From contig JAUCBJ010002763.1 of NCBI GenBank assembly GCA_032718475.1, positions 1 through 64,000 of the forward strand: a stretch of 64,000 bases of DNA, given 5' to 3'. The notes under the pieces were generated by a model that worked only from the letters and a program-made list of their open reading frames with translations, was not told where the DNA came from and did not search any database. This DNA comes from Nemertoderma westbladi. Lineage: Eukaryota > Animalia > Xenacoelomorpha. The position numbers and the translations under genes were made by a program. Positions 1 through 14,685 of this stretch are shown piece by piece (position 1 is the stretch's first letter; each line of letters begins with the position of its first letter).

Positions 1-1050
1 ACCGAGCCGAGCCGAGCCGAGCCGAGCCGAGCCGAGCCGAGCCGAGCCAAGCCAAGCTGTGCCGAGCCGAACCGAGCCGAACCGAGCCGTGCCGAGCTGA
101 GCCGAGCCGAGCCGAGCCGTGCCGAGCCGAGCCGAGCCGAGCCGAGCCGAGCCGAGCCGAGCCGAGCCAAGCCGAGCTGAGCCGAACCGAGCCGAGCCGT
201 GCCGATCTGAGCCGAGCCGAGCCGTGCCGAGCCGAGCCGAGCCGAGCCGAGCCGAGCCGAGCCGAGCCGAGCCGAGCTGTGCCGAGCCGAGCCAAGCCAA
301 GCCAAGCCGAGCCGAGCCGAGCCGAGCCGAGCCGAGCCGAGCCGAGCCGAGCCGAGCCGAACCGAGCCGAGCTGAGCCGAGCCTAATCGAGCCGAGCCGA
401 GCCGAGCCGAGCCGAGCCGAGCCGAGCCGAGCCGAGCCGAGCCGAGCCGAGCCGAGCCGAGCCGAGCCGAGCCGAGCCGAGCCGAGCCGAGCCGAGCCGA
501 GCCGAGCCGAGCCAAGCCGAGCCGAGCCGAGCCGAGCCGAGCCGAGCCGAGCCGAGCCGAGCCGAGCCGAGCCGAACAGAGCCGAGTCGAGTCGAGCCGA
601 GCCGAGCCGAGCCGAGCCGAGCAGAGCCGAGCCGAGCCGAGCCGAGCCGAGCCGAGCCGAGCCGAGCCGAGCCGAGCCGAGCCGTGCCGAGCCGAGCCGA
701 GCCGAGCCGAGCCGAGCCGAGCCGAGCCGAGCCCAGCCATGCCGAGCCGAGCAGAGCCGAGCCGAGCCGAGCCAAGCCGAGCTGAGCCGAACTGAGCCGA
801 GCCGAGCCGTGCCGAGCCGAGCCGAGCCGAGCCGAGCCGAGCCGAGCCGAGCCAAGCCAAGCTGTGCCGAGCCGAACCGAGCCGAACCGAGCCGTGCCGA
901 GCTGAGCCGAGCCGAGCCGAGCCGAGCTCAGCCGAGCCGAGCCGAGCCGAGCTCAGCCGAGCCGAGCCGAGCCGAGCCTAATCGAGCCAAACTGAGCCGA
1001 TCAAGCCAAGTCGATCTAAATCGTGCCCAATCGTGCAAGACCGAGCCGAG
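1..1050 (+). repeat. (GCCGA)n pentanucleotide microsatellite, about 200 units, degenerating at its right end; it runs into the 3' end of a Helentron-type element
   Basis: Direct GCCGA periodicity. It is followed at 1051-1115 by the same 3' terminus (TCGGTTCCT subTIR, GGGCC-GCTA-GGCCC hairpin, CTAG) seen in the downstream units. Confidence 0.97.
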
Positions 1051-4000
1051 CTCGTTGTCTCTTTTATTTGAAATAAAAAGTCGGTTCCTTATCGGGCCGC
1101 TAGGCCCGTCACTAGTTAGGAACCGAGAGGTTCATTACTGTAAGAATTGCTCGTGGCTGACTGATTGATTGATTGATTGACTGACTGACCTACAGCCAAA
1201 ACTACTCTAACGATTTTGATGAAATTTTCACAGCATCTAGATACCGCGATTCTAAGGTCCCTGGTATGTTCCGCTATTTCGTCCATGAGCCGTGGGCTCG
1301 AAAAATAGACATAAACGAAAAAACGCCATAGGCGCAATGATAAAATAACACCAATGACAGCTGGTGTCCTGATGAAAAATGGTTTATGTAATGCATTTCT
1401 ACACAAGGCTTAGTAATAAATCGATGAGGTTGCCAAGATTATTATACTTAGTACACCCATACTGTTTGTTTAGGCCCTGCACTCTCTGTCAAAGCAAATA
1501 TTAACTGGTTGATTTAGTTTGTGGTTCTACACAGGCTTAGTATAAATCGATGAGGCTGCCAACTGGTTGGTTTAGTTTGCAATCTATTACCGCCTCAGCT
1601 GAATAACTCTTCCCCCTGCTGAATGACTATTAGGTATACAGTGTATCGGCTACATTAATGCCAACATTAATACTGTGGAGGCTGTATGCTTATAAGGTGG
1701 AATGTTTACTCAGCCTTATACTGATACTCTGTAAGGCTAAGACTAACATTATAGTTTGAAATATAAAAATCACTTCTTGGCTACATTAATGCCAACATTA
1801 TTGCAAAGTGTTTTATGGTTGGATTACTCTCTGTCAGTCTCCCCTTCAGAACATTGTATTGGGAATTTACTTTAGTTTACTCTACTGTGCCATTCAGCTG
1901 AATGGATTTGAGCAATTGCCAAGTTACAGAGTTGGATCATTCTCTGACCATATGCAAAGACATGAAATCTTTTTAAAAATATACTTTTTCCATGTTTTTT
2001 TTTCTGACCTAAAATTTCAAAAAAAAATTTTTTGTAGCCAGTACTGCCAATCGATTCGCCATCAAAAATAACGCAAAAAATTTTTTTTGCAAAATTTTAA
2101 ATTACTGTAAATTTTTGGCGACTGGTGGGGGTCAATTTTTTTCGATCCGCTATAACTCCGGAACGCTTTGTCCAAATTCGATGGGGTTTTCATTTTTCAA
2201 CTTAATTCGATGTCCTCTTTCAGCCTATCCATGTTTCGAAACCCCAAACAGCGCCGTTCAAAAATTAATTTTTTCTAGTTCTAGAATTTTACAAATTTCA
2301 AAAAAGTTGCAGTATTTTATTAACGCCTTTACGGAATTCGATAGCGTTTTCGATTATTATATTAAACGCAATATCCTGAATCTCAATAGCCTAGTTTCGC
2401 GTCACCAATGCCAAGACTTCATACTTTTTGAGGAAAAATTTTCTAGATTAATTTTTATTTAATTACATTTATCGCGATTTCTTATTACTGGTTGCAGATG
2501 AACTGATGGAGTTTTCAATTTATTAACCAAACACGATATCGCGCATCGCACCAGCGTGGTTTCGAAATTCCAAAACGAGGTCTTCACTAGTTGCAGGTCG
2601 ATTTTGTTCTAGAATTGAGCAACTAATAATAGATCAAATTTATTAATAATTATTGTATGAAATATGATTGTATTTTTACATAATTATTAGTTCTATACTA
2701 ATTCTCGTTGTCTCTTTTAATTAAAATAAAAAGTCGGTTCCTTATCGGGCCGCTAGGCCCATCACTAGTTAGGAACCGAGAGGTTCATTACTGTAAGAAT
2801 TGCTCGAGACTGGCTGGCTGGCTGGCTGGCTGGCTGACTGACTGATCTACAGCCAAAACTACTCTAACGATTTTGATGAAATTTTCACAGCGGCTGGCTG
2901 ACCTGATTCTAAGGTCCCTGGCATGATCGGCTACTCCGTCCATAGCCTCTGGGCTCGAAAAATAGAGATAAACGAAAAAACGCCATAGGCTCAATGGTAA
3001 AATAACACCAATGACAGCTGGTGTCCTGATGAAAAATGGCTTATGTAATGCATTTCTACACAAGGCTTAGTAATAAATCGATGAGGTTGCCAAGATTATT
3101 ATACTTAGTACACCCATACTGTTTGTTTAGGCCCTACCAACCACTCTCTGCAAAGCAAACATTAATTCGTTGGTTTAGTTTGAAATCTAGTATTACCTCA
3201 GCTGAATAACTCTTCCCAATGCATTCTAGGGGAGTATAAAAGTTTCTCCCTCTGCTAATGTAAGCTGAATGACTTAAAGTACACAGTGTGTTGGCTACAT
3301 TAATGCCACCAATATTGCAAAATGTTTTATTGTTGGATTACTCTCTGTCAGTCTCCCCTTCAGAACATTGTATAGGGAATTTACTTTAGTTTACTCTACT
3401 GTGCTATTCAGCTGAATGGATTTGAGCGATTGCCAAGTTACAGAGTTGGATCATTCTCTGACCATAGGCAAAAGACATCAAATGTTTTTAAAAAGATCCT
3501 TTTTCCATGTTTTTTTTTCTGACCAAAAATTTCAAAAAAAAATTTTTCGTAGCCAGTACTGCCAATCGATTCGCCATCAAAAATAACGCAAAAAATTTTT
3601 TTTGCAAAATTTTAAATTACTGTAAATTTTTGGCGACTGGGGGGGTCAATTTTTTTCGATCCGCTATAACTCCGGAATGCTTTGTCCAAATTCGATGGGG
3701 TTTTTATTTTTCAATTTAATTCGATGTCCTCTTTCAGCCTATCCATGTTTCGAAACCCCAAACAGCGCCGTTCAAAATTTAATTTTTTCTAGATTCTAGA
3801 ATTTTACAAATTTCAAAAAAGTTGCGGTATTTTATTAACGCCTTTACAGAATTCGATAGCGATCAACTTAATTCGATGTCCTCTTTCAGCCTATCCATGT
3901 TTCGAAACCACAAACAGCGCCGTTCAAAAATTATTTTTTTCTAGTTCTAGAATTTTACAAATTTCAAAAAAGTTGCAGTATTTTATTAACACCTTTACGG

Positions 4001-6373
4001 AATTCGATAGCGTTTTCGATTTTTATATTAAACGCAATATCCTGAATCTCACTAGCCTAGTTTCGCGTCACCAATGCCAAGACTTCATACTTTTTGAGGA
4101 AATTTTTTCTAGAATAATTTTTATTTAATTACATTTATAGCGATTTCTTATTACTGGTTGCACATGAATTGATGGAGTTTTCAATTTATTAACTAAACAC
4201 GATATCGCGCATCGCACCAGCGTGGTTTCGAAATTCCAAAACGAGGTCTTCACTAGTTGCAGGTCGATTTTGTTCTAGAATTGAGCAACTAATAATAGAT
4301 CGAATTTATTAATAATTATTGTATGAAATATGATTGTATTTTTACAATATTATTAGTTCTATACTAATTCTCGTTGTCTCTTTTATTTAAAATAAAAAGT
4401 CGGTTCCTTATCGGGCCGCTAGGCCCGTCACTAGTTAGCAAGTCGTAGGACTTGATTACTGTAAGAATTGTTGGCTGATTGACTGGCTGGCTGGCTGGCT
4501 GACTGGCTGATCTACAGCCAAAACTACTCTAACGATTTTGATGAAATTTTCACAGTGGCTAGATACCGCGATTCTAAGGTCCCTGGTATGTTCCGCTATT
4601 TCGTCCATGAGCCGTGGGCTCGAAAAATAGACATAAACGAAAAAACGCCATAGGCGCAATGGTAAAATAACACCAATGACAGCTTGTTGATGGAATTTAC
4701 ATTTGATTGATGACTTCCGACTTGCTTAACGGCGTCTTGACGCCGTCTCTAGTTAGGAACCGAGAGGTTCATTACTGTAAGAATTGCTCGAGACTGGCTG
4801 GCTGATCTACAGCCAAAACTACTCTAACGATTTTGATGAAATTTTCACAGCATCTAGATACCGCGATTATGAACCGAGAGGTTCATTACTGTAAGAATTG
4901 CTCGAGACTGGCTGGCTGATCTACAGCCAAAACTACTCTAACGATTTTGATGAAATTTTCACAGCATCTAGATACCGCGATTATAAGGTCCCTGGTATGT
5001 TCCGCTATTTCGTCCATGAGCCGTGGGCTCGAAAAATAGACATAAACGAAAAAACGCCATAGGCGCAATGGTAAAATAACACCAATAACAGCTGGTGTCG
5101 TGATGAAAAATGGCTTATGTAATGCATTTCTACAGAAGGCTTAGTAATAAATGGATGAGGTTGCCTGCCAAGATTATTATACTCAGTACACCCATACTGT
5201 TTGTATAAGCCACCACTCTCTGTCAAAGCAAACATTATTAACTGGTTGGTTTAGTTTGAAATCTAATATCGCCTCAGCTGAATTACTCTTCCCAATGCAA
5301 TCTATGGGAATATCTCACTCTGCTAATGTAAGCTGAATGACTGTTACATACACAGTGAGTTGGCTACATTAATGCCAACATTATTGCAAAATGTTTTATT
5401 GTTGGATTACTCTCTGTCAGTCACCCCTTCAGAACATTGTATAGGGAATTTACTTTAGTTTACTCTACTGTGCCATTCAGCTGAATGGATTTGAGCGATT
5501 GCCAAGTTACAGAGTTGGATCATTCTCTGACCATAGGCAAAGACATCAAATCTTTTTAAAAATATACTTTTTCCATGTTTTTTTTTCTGACCAAAAATTT
5601 AAAAAAAAAATTTTTCGTAGCCAGTACTGCCAATCGATTCACCATCAAAAATAACGCAAAAAATTTTTTTTGCAAAATTTTAAATTACTGTAAATTTTTG
5701 GCAAATGGGGGGGGGTCAATTTTTTTCGATCCGCTATAACTCCAGAACGCTTTGTCCAAATTCGATGGGGTTTTCATTTTTCAACTTAATTCGATGTCCT
5801 CTTTCAGCCTATCCATGTTTCGAAACCCCAAACAGCGCCGTTCAAAAATTAATTTTTTCTAGTTCTAGAATTTTACAAATTTCAAAAAAGTTGCAGTATT
5901 TTATTAACGCCTTTACGGAATTCGATAGCGTTTTCGATTTTTATATTAAACGCAATATCCTGAATCTCACTAGCCTAGTTTCGCGTCACCAATGCCAAGA
6001 CTTCATACTTTTTGAGGAAAATTTTTATATTACTTTATCGCGATTTCTTATTACTGGTTGCACATGAACTGACGGAGTTTTCAATTTATTAACTAAACAC
6101 GATATCGCGCATCGCACCAGCGTGGTTTCGAAATTCCAAAACGAGTTGTTCTAGAATTGAGCAACTAATAATAGATCGAATTTATTAATAATTATTGTAT
6201 GAAATATGATTGTATTTTTACATAATTATTAGTTCTATACTAATTCTCGTTGTCTCTTTCATTTAAAATAAAAAGTCGGTTCCTTATCGGGCCTCTAGGC
6301 CCGTCACTAGTTAGCAAGTCGTTAGACTTGATTACTGTAAGAATTGTTGACTGACTGACTGGCTGGCTGGCTG

Positions 6374-6405
<32 letters not shown>

Positions 6406-9400
6406 ATCTACAGCCAAAACTACTCTAACGATTTTGATGAAATTTTCACAGCATCTAGATACCGCGATTCTAAGGTCCCTGGCATGATCGGCTACTCCGT
6501 CCATAGCCTCTGGGCTCGAAAAATAGAGATAAACGAAAAAAACGCCATAGGCGCAATGGTAAAATAACACCCATGACAGCTGGTGTCCTGATGAAAAATG
6601 ACTTATGTAATGCAATTCTACACAAGGCTTAGTATTAAATAGATGAGGTTGCCAAGAGTATTATACTTAGTACACCCATACTGTTTGTTTAGGCCCTACC
6701 AACCACTCTGTGCAAACAAACATCAACTGGTTGGTTTGCTATTCTATAGGGAGCCACCTAACAAGGAAGTACATACAGTGCCAACTTTATAATCATTCAC
6801 TGGGTTAGCCGGCTATTACAGCCTCAGCTGAATAACTCTTCCCAATGCTTTCTATGGCGATCTACAAGGTTACTCTCTCTTCTATGTTAATTGACGTGTA
6901 AGCTGATTGACTGTTAGTTACACAGTGTGTTGGGTACTATTGGATTGCACTGTATTTATAATAATAATTGTTTTATTTTTAAATCTTTCGGCCAACATTA
7001 ATTCTGTGGAGGCAGTATGCTTATAAGGTGGAATGTTTACTCAGCCTCATACTGATACTGTGTAAGGCTAACACTAACATTATAGTTTGAAATATATATA
7101 TCACTGCTTATTATCTGTATCAGGATACACACTGTGGCATTCTAAATGTTTTATACTGTAGGTGATTGACATTGTGCAAGCTGAATGACTGTTAGTTCTT
7201 TCAGACCATAGCCAAACATTGTTGAGGGAATTTAGTTTAGTTCACTCTACTGTGCCATTCAACTGAATGAATTTGAGCAATTGCCAAATTACAGAGTGGG
7301 ATCTCTCTCTGACCATAGGTAAATAGCCCTTCCATTCTGACCATAGGTAAACATTGTTGAGGGAATTTATATTTGATTGATGACTTCCGACTTGCTTAAC
7401 GGCGTCTTGACGCCGTCTCTAGTTAGGAACCGAGAGGTTCATTACTGTAAGAATTGTTGGCTGATTGACTGGCTGGCTGACTGGCTGATCTACAGCCAAA
7501 ACTACTCTAACGATTTTGATGAAATTTTCACAGCATCTAGAGACCGCGATTCTAAGGTCCCTGGCATGATCGGCTACTCCGTCCATAGCCTCTGGGCTCG
7601 AAAAATAGAGATAAACGAAAAAACGCCATAGGCGCAATGGTAAAATAACACCCATGACAGCTGGTGTCCTGATGAAAAATGGCTTATGTAATGCATTTCT
7701 ACACAAGGCTTAGTATAAATTGATGAGGTTGCCAAGATTATTGTACTTAATACACCCATACTGTTTGTTTAGGCCCTGCACTCTTTGTCAAAGCAAATAT
7801 TAACTGGTTGATTTAGTTTGTGGTTCTACACAGGCTTAGTATAAATCGATGAGGCTGCCAACTGGTTGGTTTAGTTTGCAATCTATTACCGCCTCAGCTG
7901 AATAACTCTTCCCCCTGCTGAATGACTATTAGGTATACAGTGTATCGGCTACATTAATGCCAACATTATTGCAAAATGTTTTATTGTTTGATTACTGTAC
8001 TCTCTGTCAGTCTCCCCTTCAGAACATTGTATAGGAAATTTACTTTAGTTTACTCTACTGTGCCATTCAGCTGAATGGATTTGAGCGATTGCCAAGTTAC
8101 AGAGTTGGATCATTCTCTGACCATAGGCAAAGGCAAATCTTGTTAAAATATACTTTTTCCATGTTTTTTTTTCTGACCAAAAATTTCAAAAAAAAATTTT
8201 CGTAGCCAGTACTGCCAATCGATTCGCCATCAAAAATAACGCAAAAAATTTTTTTTGCAAAATTTTAAATTACTGAAAATTTTTGGCGACTGGGGGGGTC
8301 AATTTTTTTCGATCCGCTATAACTCCGGAACGCTTTGTCCAAATTCGATGGGGTTTTCATTTTTCAACTTAATTCGATGTCCTCTTTCAGCCTATCCATG
8401 TTTCGAAACCCCAAACACCGCCGTTCAAAAATAAATTTTTTCTAGTTCTAGAATTTTACAAATTTCAAAAAAGTTGCAGTATTTTATTAACGCCTTTACG
8501 GAATTCGATAGCGTTTTCGATTTTTATATTAAACGCAATATCCTGAATCTCACTAGCCTAGTTTCGCGTCACCAATGCCAAGACTTCATACTTTTTGAGG
8601 AAAATTTTTCTAGAATAATTTTTATTTAATTACATTTATCGCGATTTCTTATTACTGGATGCACATGAATTGATGGAGTTATCAATTTATTAACTAAACA
8701 CGATATCGCGCATCGCACCAGCGTGGTTTCGAAATTCCAAAACGAGGTCTTCACTAGTTGCAGGTCGATTTTGTTCTAGAATGGAGCAACTAATAATAGA
8801 TTGAATTTATTAATAATTATTGTATGAAATATGATTGTATTTTTACATAATGATTAGTTCTATACTAATTCTCGTTGTCTCTTTTATTTAAAATAAAAAG
8901 TCGGTTCCTTATCGGGCCGCTAGGCCCGTCACTAGTTAGCAAGTCGTTAGACTTGATTACTGTAAGAATTGTTGACTGACTGGCTGGCTGACTGACTGGC
9001 TGACTGGCTGATCTACAGCCAAAACTACTCTAACGATTTTGATGAAATTTTCACAGCATCTAGATACCGCGATTCTAAGGTCCCTGGCATGATCGGCTAC
9101 TCCGTCCATAGCCTCTGGGCTCGAAAAATAGAGATAAACGAAAAAACGCCATAGGCGCAATGGTAAAATAACACCCATGACAGCTGGTGTCCTGATGAAA
9201 AATGGCTTATGTAATGCATTTCTACACAAGGCTTAGTATAAATTGATGAGGTTGCCAAGATTATTGTACTTAATACACCCATACTGTTTGTTTAGGCCCT
9301 GCACTCTTTGTCAAAGCAAATATTAACTGGTTGATTTAGTTTGTGGTTCTACACAGGCTTAGTATAAATCGATGAGGCTGCCAACTGGTTGATTTAGTTT

Positions 9401-12400
9401 GCAATCTATTACCGCCTCAGCTGAATAACTCTTCCCCCTGCTGAATGACTATTAGGTATACAGTGTATCGGCTACATTAATGCCAACATTATTGCAAAAT
9501 GTTTTATTGTTTGATTACTGTACTCTCTGTCAGTCTCCCCTTCAGAACATTGTATAGGAAATTTACTTTAGTTTACTCTACTGTGCCATTCAGCTGAATG
9601 GATTTGAGCGATTGCCAAGTTACAGAGTTGGATCATTCTCTGACCATAGGCAAAGGCAAATCTTGTTAAAATATACTTTTTCCATGTTTTTTTTTCTGAC
9701 CAAAAATTTCAAAAAAAAATTTTCGTAGCCAGTACTGCCAATCGATTCGCCATCAAAAATAACGCAAAAAATTTTTTTTGCAAAATTTTAAATTACTGAA
9801 AATTTTTGGCGACTGGGGGGGTCAATTTTTTTCGATCCGCTATAACTCCGGAACGCTTTGTCCAAATTCGATGGGGTTTTCATTTTTCAACTTAATTCGA
9901 TGTCCTCTTTCAGCCTATCCATGTTTCGAAACCCCAAACACCGCCGTTCAAAAATAAATTTTTTCTAGTTCTAGAATTTTACAAATTTCAAAAAAGTTGC
10001 AGTATTTTATTAACGCCTTTACGGAATTCGATAGCGTTTTCGATTTTTATATTAAACGCAATATCCTGAATCTCACTAGCCTAGTTTCGCGTCACCAATG
10101 CCAAGACTTCATACTTTTTGAGGAAAATTTTTCTAGAATAATTTTTATTTAATTACATTTATCGCGATTTCTTATTACTGGATGCACATGAATTGATGGA
10201 GTTATCAATTTATTAACTAAACACGATATCGCGCATCGCACCAGCGTGGTTTCGAAATTCCAAAACGAGGTCTTCACTAGTTGCAGGTCGATTTTGTTCT
10301 AGAATGGAGCAACTAATAATAGATTGAATTTATTAATAATTATTGTATGAAATATGATTGTATTTTTACATAATGATTAGTTCTATACTAATTCTCGTTG
10401 TCTCTTTTATTTAAAATAAAAAGTCGGTTCCTTATCGGGCCGCTAGGCCCGTCACTAGTTAGCAAGTCGTTAGACTTGATTACTGTAAGAATTGTTGACT
10501 GACTGGCTGGCTGACTGACTGGCTGACTGGCTGATCTACAGCCAAAACTACTCTAACGATTTTGATGAAATTTTCACAGCATCTAGATACCGCGATTCTA
10601 AGGTCCCTGGCATGATCGGCTACTCCGTCCATAGCCTCTGGGCTCGAAAAATAGAGATAAACGAAAAAACGCCATAGGCGCAATGGTAAAATAACACCAA
10701 TGACAGCTGGTGTCCTGATGAAAAATGGCTTATGTAATGCATTTCTACACAAGGCTTAGTAATAAATCGATGAGGTTGCCAAGATTATTATACTTAGTAC
10801 ACCCATACTGTTTGTTTAGGCCCTAGGACACTCTGTCAAAGCAAATATTAACTGGTTGATTTAGTTTGTGGTTCTACACAGGCTTAGTATAAATCGGTGA
10901 GGCTGCCAACTGGTTGGTTTCGTTTGCAATCTATTACCGCCTCAGCTGAATAACTCTTCCCCCTGCTGAATGACTGTTAGGTACAGTGTATTGGCTACAT
11001 TAATGCCAACATTAATACAGTGGAAGCTGTATGCTTATAAGGTGGAATGTTTACTCAGCCTTATACTGATACTCTGTAAGGCTAAGACTAACATTATAGT
11101 TTGAAATATAAAAATCACTTATTATTATCTGTATTGGGTTAATAATCACTGTGGCATTCAAAATGTTTTATAGGTGGTTGACATTTAGTGCAAGCTGAAT
11201 GACTGTTAGTTACAGAGTACTACAGTACTGCACCCTTATTTTATTTTTAAATCTTTCGTCCAACATTAATACTTTGGAGGTTGTATGCTTATAAGGCGAA
11301 TGTTTACTCAGCTTCATACTGATACACTGTAAGGCTAACACTAACGTTATATTTTAACACATAAAAATCACTGCTTATTATCTGTATCAGGTTACATACT
11401 GTGGCATTCAAAATGTTTAAATGTTTTATAGGTGATTGATATTTAGTGCAAGCTGAATGACTGTAGGTTACAGAGTACTATTGCACTGTATTTTATTTTT
11501 AAATCTTTTGGCCAACATTAATACTGTGGAGGCTGTATGCTTATAAGGCGGAATGTTTACTCAGCCTCATACTGATACTCTGTAAGGCTTACACTAACAT
11601 TATTGTTTGAAATATAAAAATAACTGCTTATTATCTGTATTGGGTTAATCACTGTGGCATTCAAAATGTTTTGTTAGGTGAATGACATTTAGTGGCTAAG
11701 ATTATTCTCTGTCAGATTCCCTTCACACCATAGGCAAACATTGTTGAGGCTGAGGGAATTTACTTTAGTTTACTCTACTGAGTCATTCAGCTGAATGGAT
11801 TTGAGCAATTGCCAAATTACAGAGTGGGATCTCTCTCTGACCATAGATAAATAACACTTCCCTTCTGAACAAAGGTAAACATTGTTGAGGGAACTTACCT
11901 TTGATTGACGACTTCCGACTTGCTTAACGGCGTCTTGACGCCGTCTCTAGTTAGGAAACGAGAGGTTCATTACTGTAAGAATTGCTCGAGACTGGCTGGC
12001 TGACTGACTGACTGATCTACAGCCAAAACTACTCTAACGATTTTAATGAAATTTTCACAGTGGCTAGATACCGCGATTCTAAGGTCCCTGATATGTTCCG
12101 CTATTTCGTCCATGAGCCGTGGGCTCGAAAAATAGACATAAACGAAAAAACGCCATAGGCGCAATGGTAAAATAACACCAATGACAGCCGGTGTCGTGAT
12201 GAAAAATGGCTTATGTAATGGATTTCTACACAAGGCTTAGTATAAATCGATGAGGTTGCCAAGATTATTGTACTTAGTACACCCATACTGTTTGTTTAGG
12301 CCCTAGGACACTCTGTCAAAGCAAATATTAACTGGTTGGTTTAGTTTGAAATCTAATATCGCCTCAGCTGAATTACTCTTCCCAATGCATTCTATGCGAA

Positions 12401-14685
12401 TATCTCACTCTGCTAATGTAAGCTGAATGACTTAAGTACACAGTGTGTTGGCTACATTAATGCCAACATTATTGCAAAATGTTTTATTGTTGGATTACTC
12501 TCTGTCAGTCTCCCCTTCAGAACATTGTATAGGGAATTTACTTTAGTTTACTCTACTGTGCCATTCAGCTGAATGGATTTGAGCGATTGCCAAGTACAGA
12601 GTTGGCATAGGCAAAGACATCATATCTTATTAAAAATATACTTTTTCCATGTTTTTTTTTCTGACCAAAAATTTCAAAAAAAATTTTTTCGAGGCCAGGA
12701 ATGCCAATCGATTCGCCATCAAAAATAACGCAAAATTTTTTTTTGCAAAATTTTAAATTACTGTAAATTTTTGGCGACTGGGGGGGGGGGGGGGTCAATT
12801 TTTTTCGATCCGCTATAACTCCGGAACGCTTTGTCCAAATTCGATGGGGTTTTCATTTTACAACTTAATTCGATGTCCTCTTTCAGCCTATCCATGTTTC
12901 GAAACCCCAAACAGCGCCGTTCAAAAATAAATTTTTTCTAGTTCTAGAATTTTACAAATTTCTAATAATAGATCGAATTTATTAATAATTATTGTATGAA
13001 ATATGATTGTATTTTTACATAATTATTAGTTCTATACTAATTCTCGTTGTCTCTTATTTAAAATAAAAAGTCGGTTCCTTATCGGGCCGCTAGGCCCGTC
13101 ACTAGTTAGGAACCGAAGGTTACTTTCTGTAAGAATTTGATGTAATAGTAGTAATAGTAGTAATATTTTGAAGCGAAATAACATTAAAACGGCTCTAACA
13201 ATTTTGTTAATTAAAATTTTGCATAACGCAATGTTTTGATGACCACTATCATTTCCCGCTGGTCCCATCTCTGTCCATAGAATGTGGGCTCGAAAAATAG
13301 TCATAAACAAAAAAACGCCATAGGCGCATAGATAATACACCAGCTGGAGCACATGAAAAATGTATAGAGGGCCTAGTGATTCTATTCAATAGAGAAAGGG
13401 CCAACTAGCAAGGATGTACTCTCTGTGCCAAGTTTTTATTTAATCACTCACTCTTTCAACCCAGACTATAAGCAAACATTAACTAGATTAGTTTGTAATC
13501 TACTATTATCCCACCAGCTGAATAACTCTTCCCCATGCTTCCTACAGTAAGGGAATATCTACAAGGTGGTGGTGGGTTGTAGGTCAGCGGAATTAATTTT
13601 AGTTACACACATAGTGCTGGTTACCGTTAATGGTACTATACTCATCTAATAATAAAATAATAATTGATGTATTTAAAAATCCGAGAGGGAGGTGAGTTAA
13701 TGACTTGCTTGGCAAACATTAATTATATTAATCTGTCAAACCAAAGGGAATACAGAGTGGGATCTACAGTACCTGTCTCTGTATAACTTTTTACCCAGCT
13801 GATAGCTCCTTTAATCCAACACAAACTGTTGCCCTGGATTCAATGAATGCGAATGTCTATTACAGTATGTTCCTGGGAAAAGCTGGCCGGCCACCTGAAT
13901 GACTTTTTAGTTATAGAGTAGTGTACACGAGTGAGGCCTAACTCTCTCAGCGAACAATTATAATTATACTATGGCTAGTTATATATTCCAATATTGGCTT
14001 CCGACACACACACACTGAAACCTACACCTAAGTTCGCTGGTTATTCGCAGTTCTGACTCGCCATATATGAATCTAACTGTAGGGTACTATTGATAAACTA
14101 TCAATTAAAATCAGAGTTTGGAGGTCTAATTATGTTTTGCAACATTAATACTATGAGTGGTGTTTGGTATAATATATAATTTTGATGTAGACAGGATATA
14201 TGTTGCCCTAACTGCTTTAATAATTATTAGGAACAGATTATGAGATATATGAGTTTCTTTTCCCTAAATTGAGAATTTAACATTGAGGCGGGATATTAAT
14301 TCGCCAAGGTGGGTTTTGCATCCACTTCCCCCCCTGTCTTCTTTGTTCACTACCTTGGTGCAATTTTTTATTATAAATGCTGAACATACATGCAAATTAC
14401 AGTATTAGTATAGGTAGTGCTGGCTGATACTGGGTGCTCATATTTGCAACCATTTGTAACAAATTGTAACCAGGGACATCAATTCGTGACAAGGTGCTCA
14501 TATTTTTAACCAAACACATTGATTCGTAATGCGGAAATACAGATTTGTAACCAGGCGCTCAGATTCGAAACTGGTTTAGAGTTGATATCCTGAAAAAAAT
14601 AGTTAGCGGCTTATGGCCTGTAAAAATATTAGTTTCGGTTTGGTTTAACTTCGGTTCCTTCACGGCGTCTCGATGCCGTCTTTAA
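1051..14685 (+). mobile_element. Head-to-tail array of about 10 non-autonomous Helitron2/Helentron (HINE/DINE-1-like) elements
   Basis: CTAG|TTAG junctions at 1115, 2768, 4434, 4752, 6310, 7422, 8935, 10458, 11950 and 13105. Units have a 5' subTIR in a short hairpin (GAACC-GAGA-GGTTC or CAAGTC-GTTA-GACTTG), usually a (GACT/GGCT)n microsatellite, a 3' subTIR (TCGGTTCCT or CGACTTGCT) and a GC-rich 3' hairpin (GGGCC-GCTA-GGCCC or ACGGCGTC-TT-GACGCCGT). This is the established HINE architecture. Confidence 0.85.

Noticed and set aside
119-1168. 349-aa (EPSRA)n ORF and the antisense (LGSAR)n ORF
   Set aside because: A stop-free translation of the GCCGA microsatellite; no evidence of coding.
1051-13105. 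CRISPR-like array or bacterial terminators suggested by repeated hairpins
   Set aside because: The units are 0.3-1.7 kb homologous elements with no unique spacers or cas genes, in a eukaryotic intron-containing context.
1116-13352. Recurrent 60-120 aa ORFs (MCRNALHKPFF..., GGQFFSIRYNS...)
   Set aside because: They recur only because the non-coding Helentron units repeat; frames vary between copies and no domain is recognisable.
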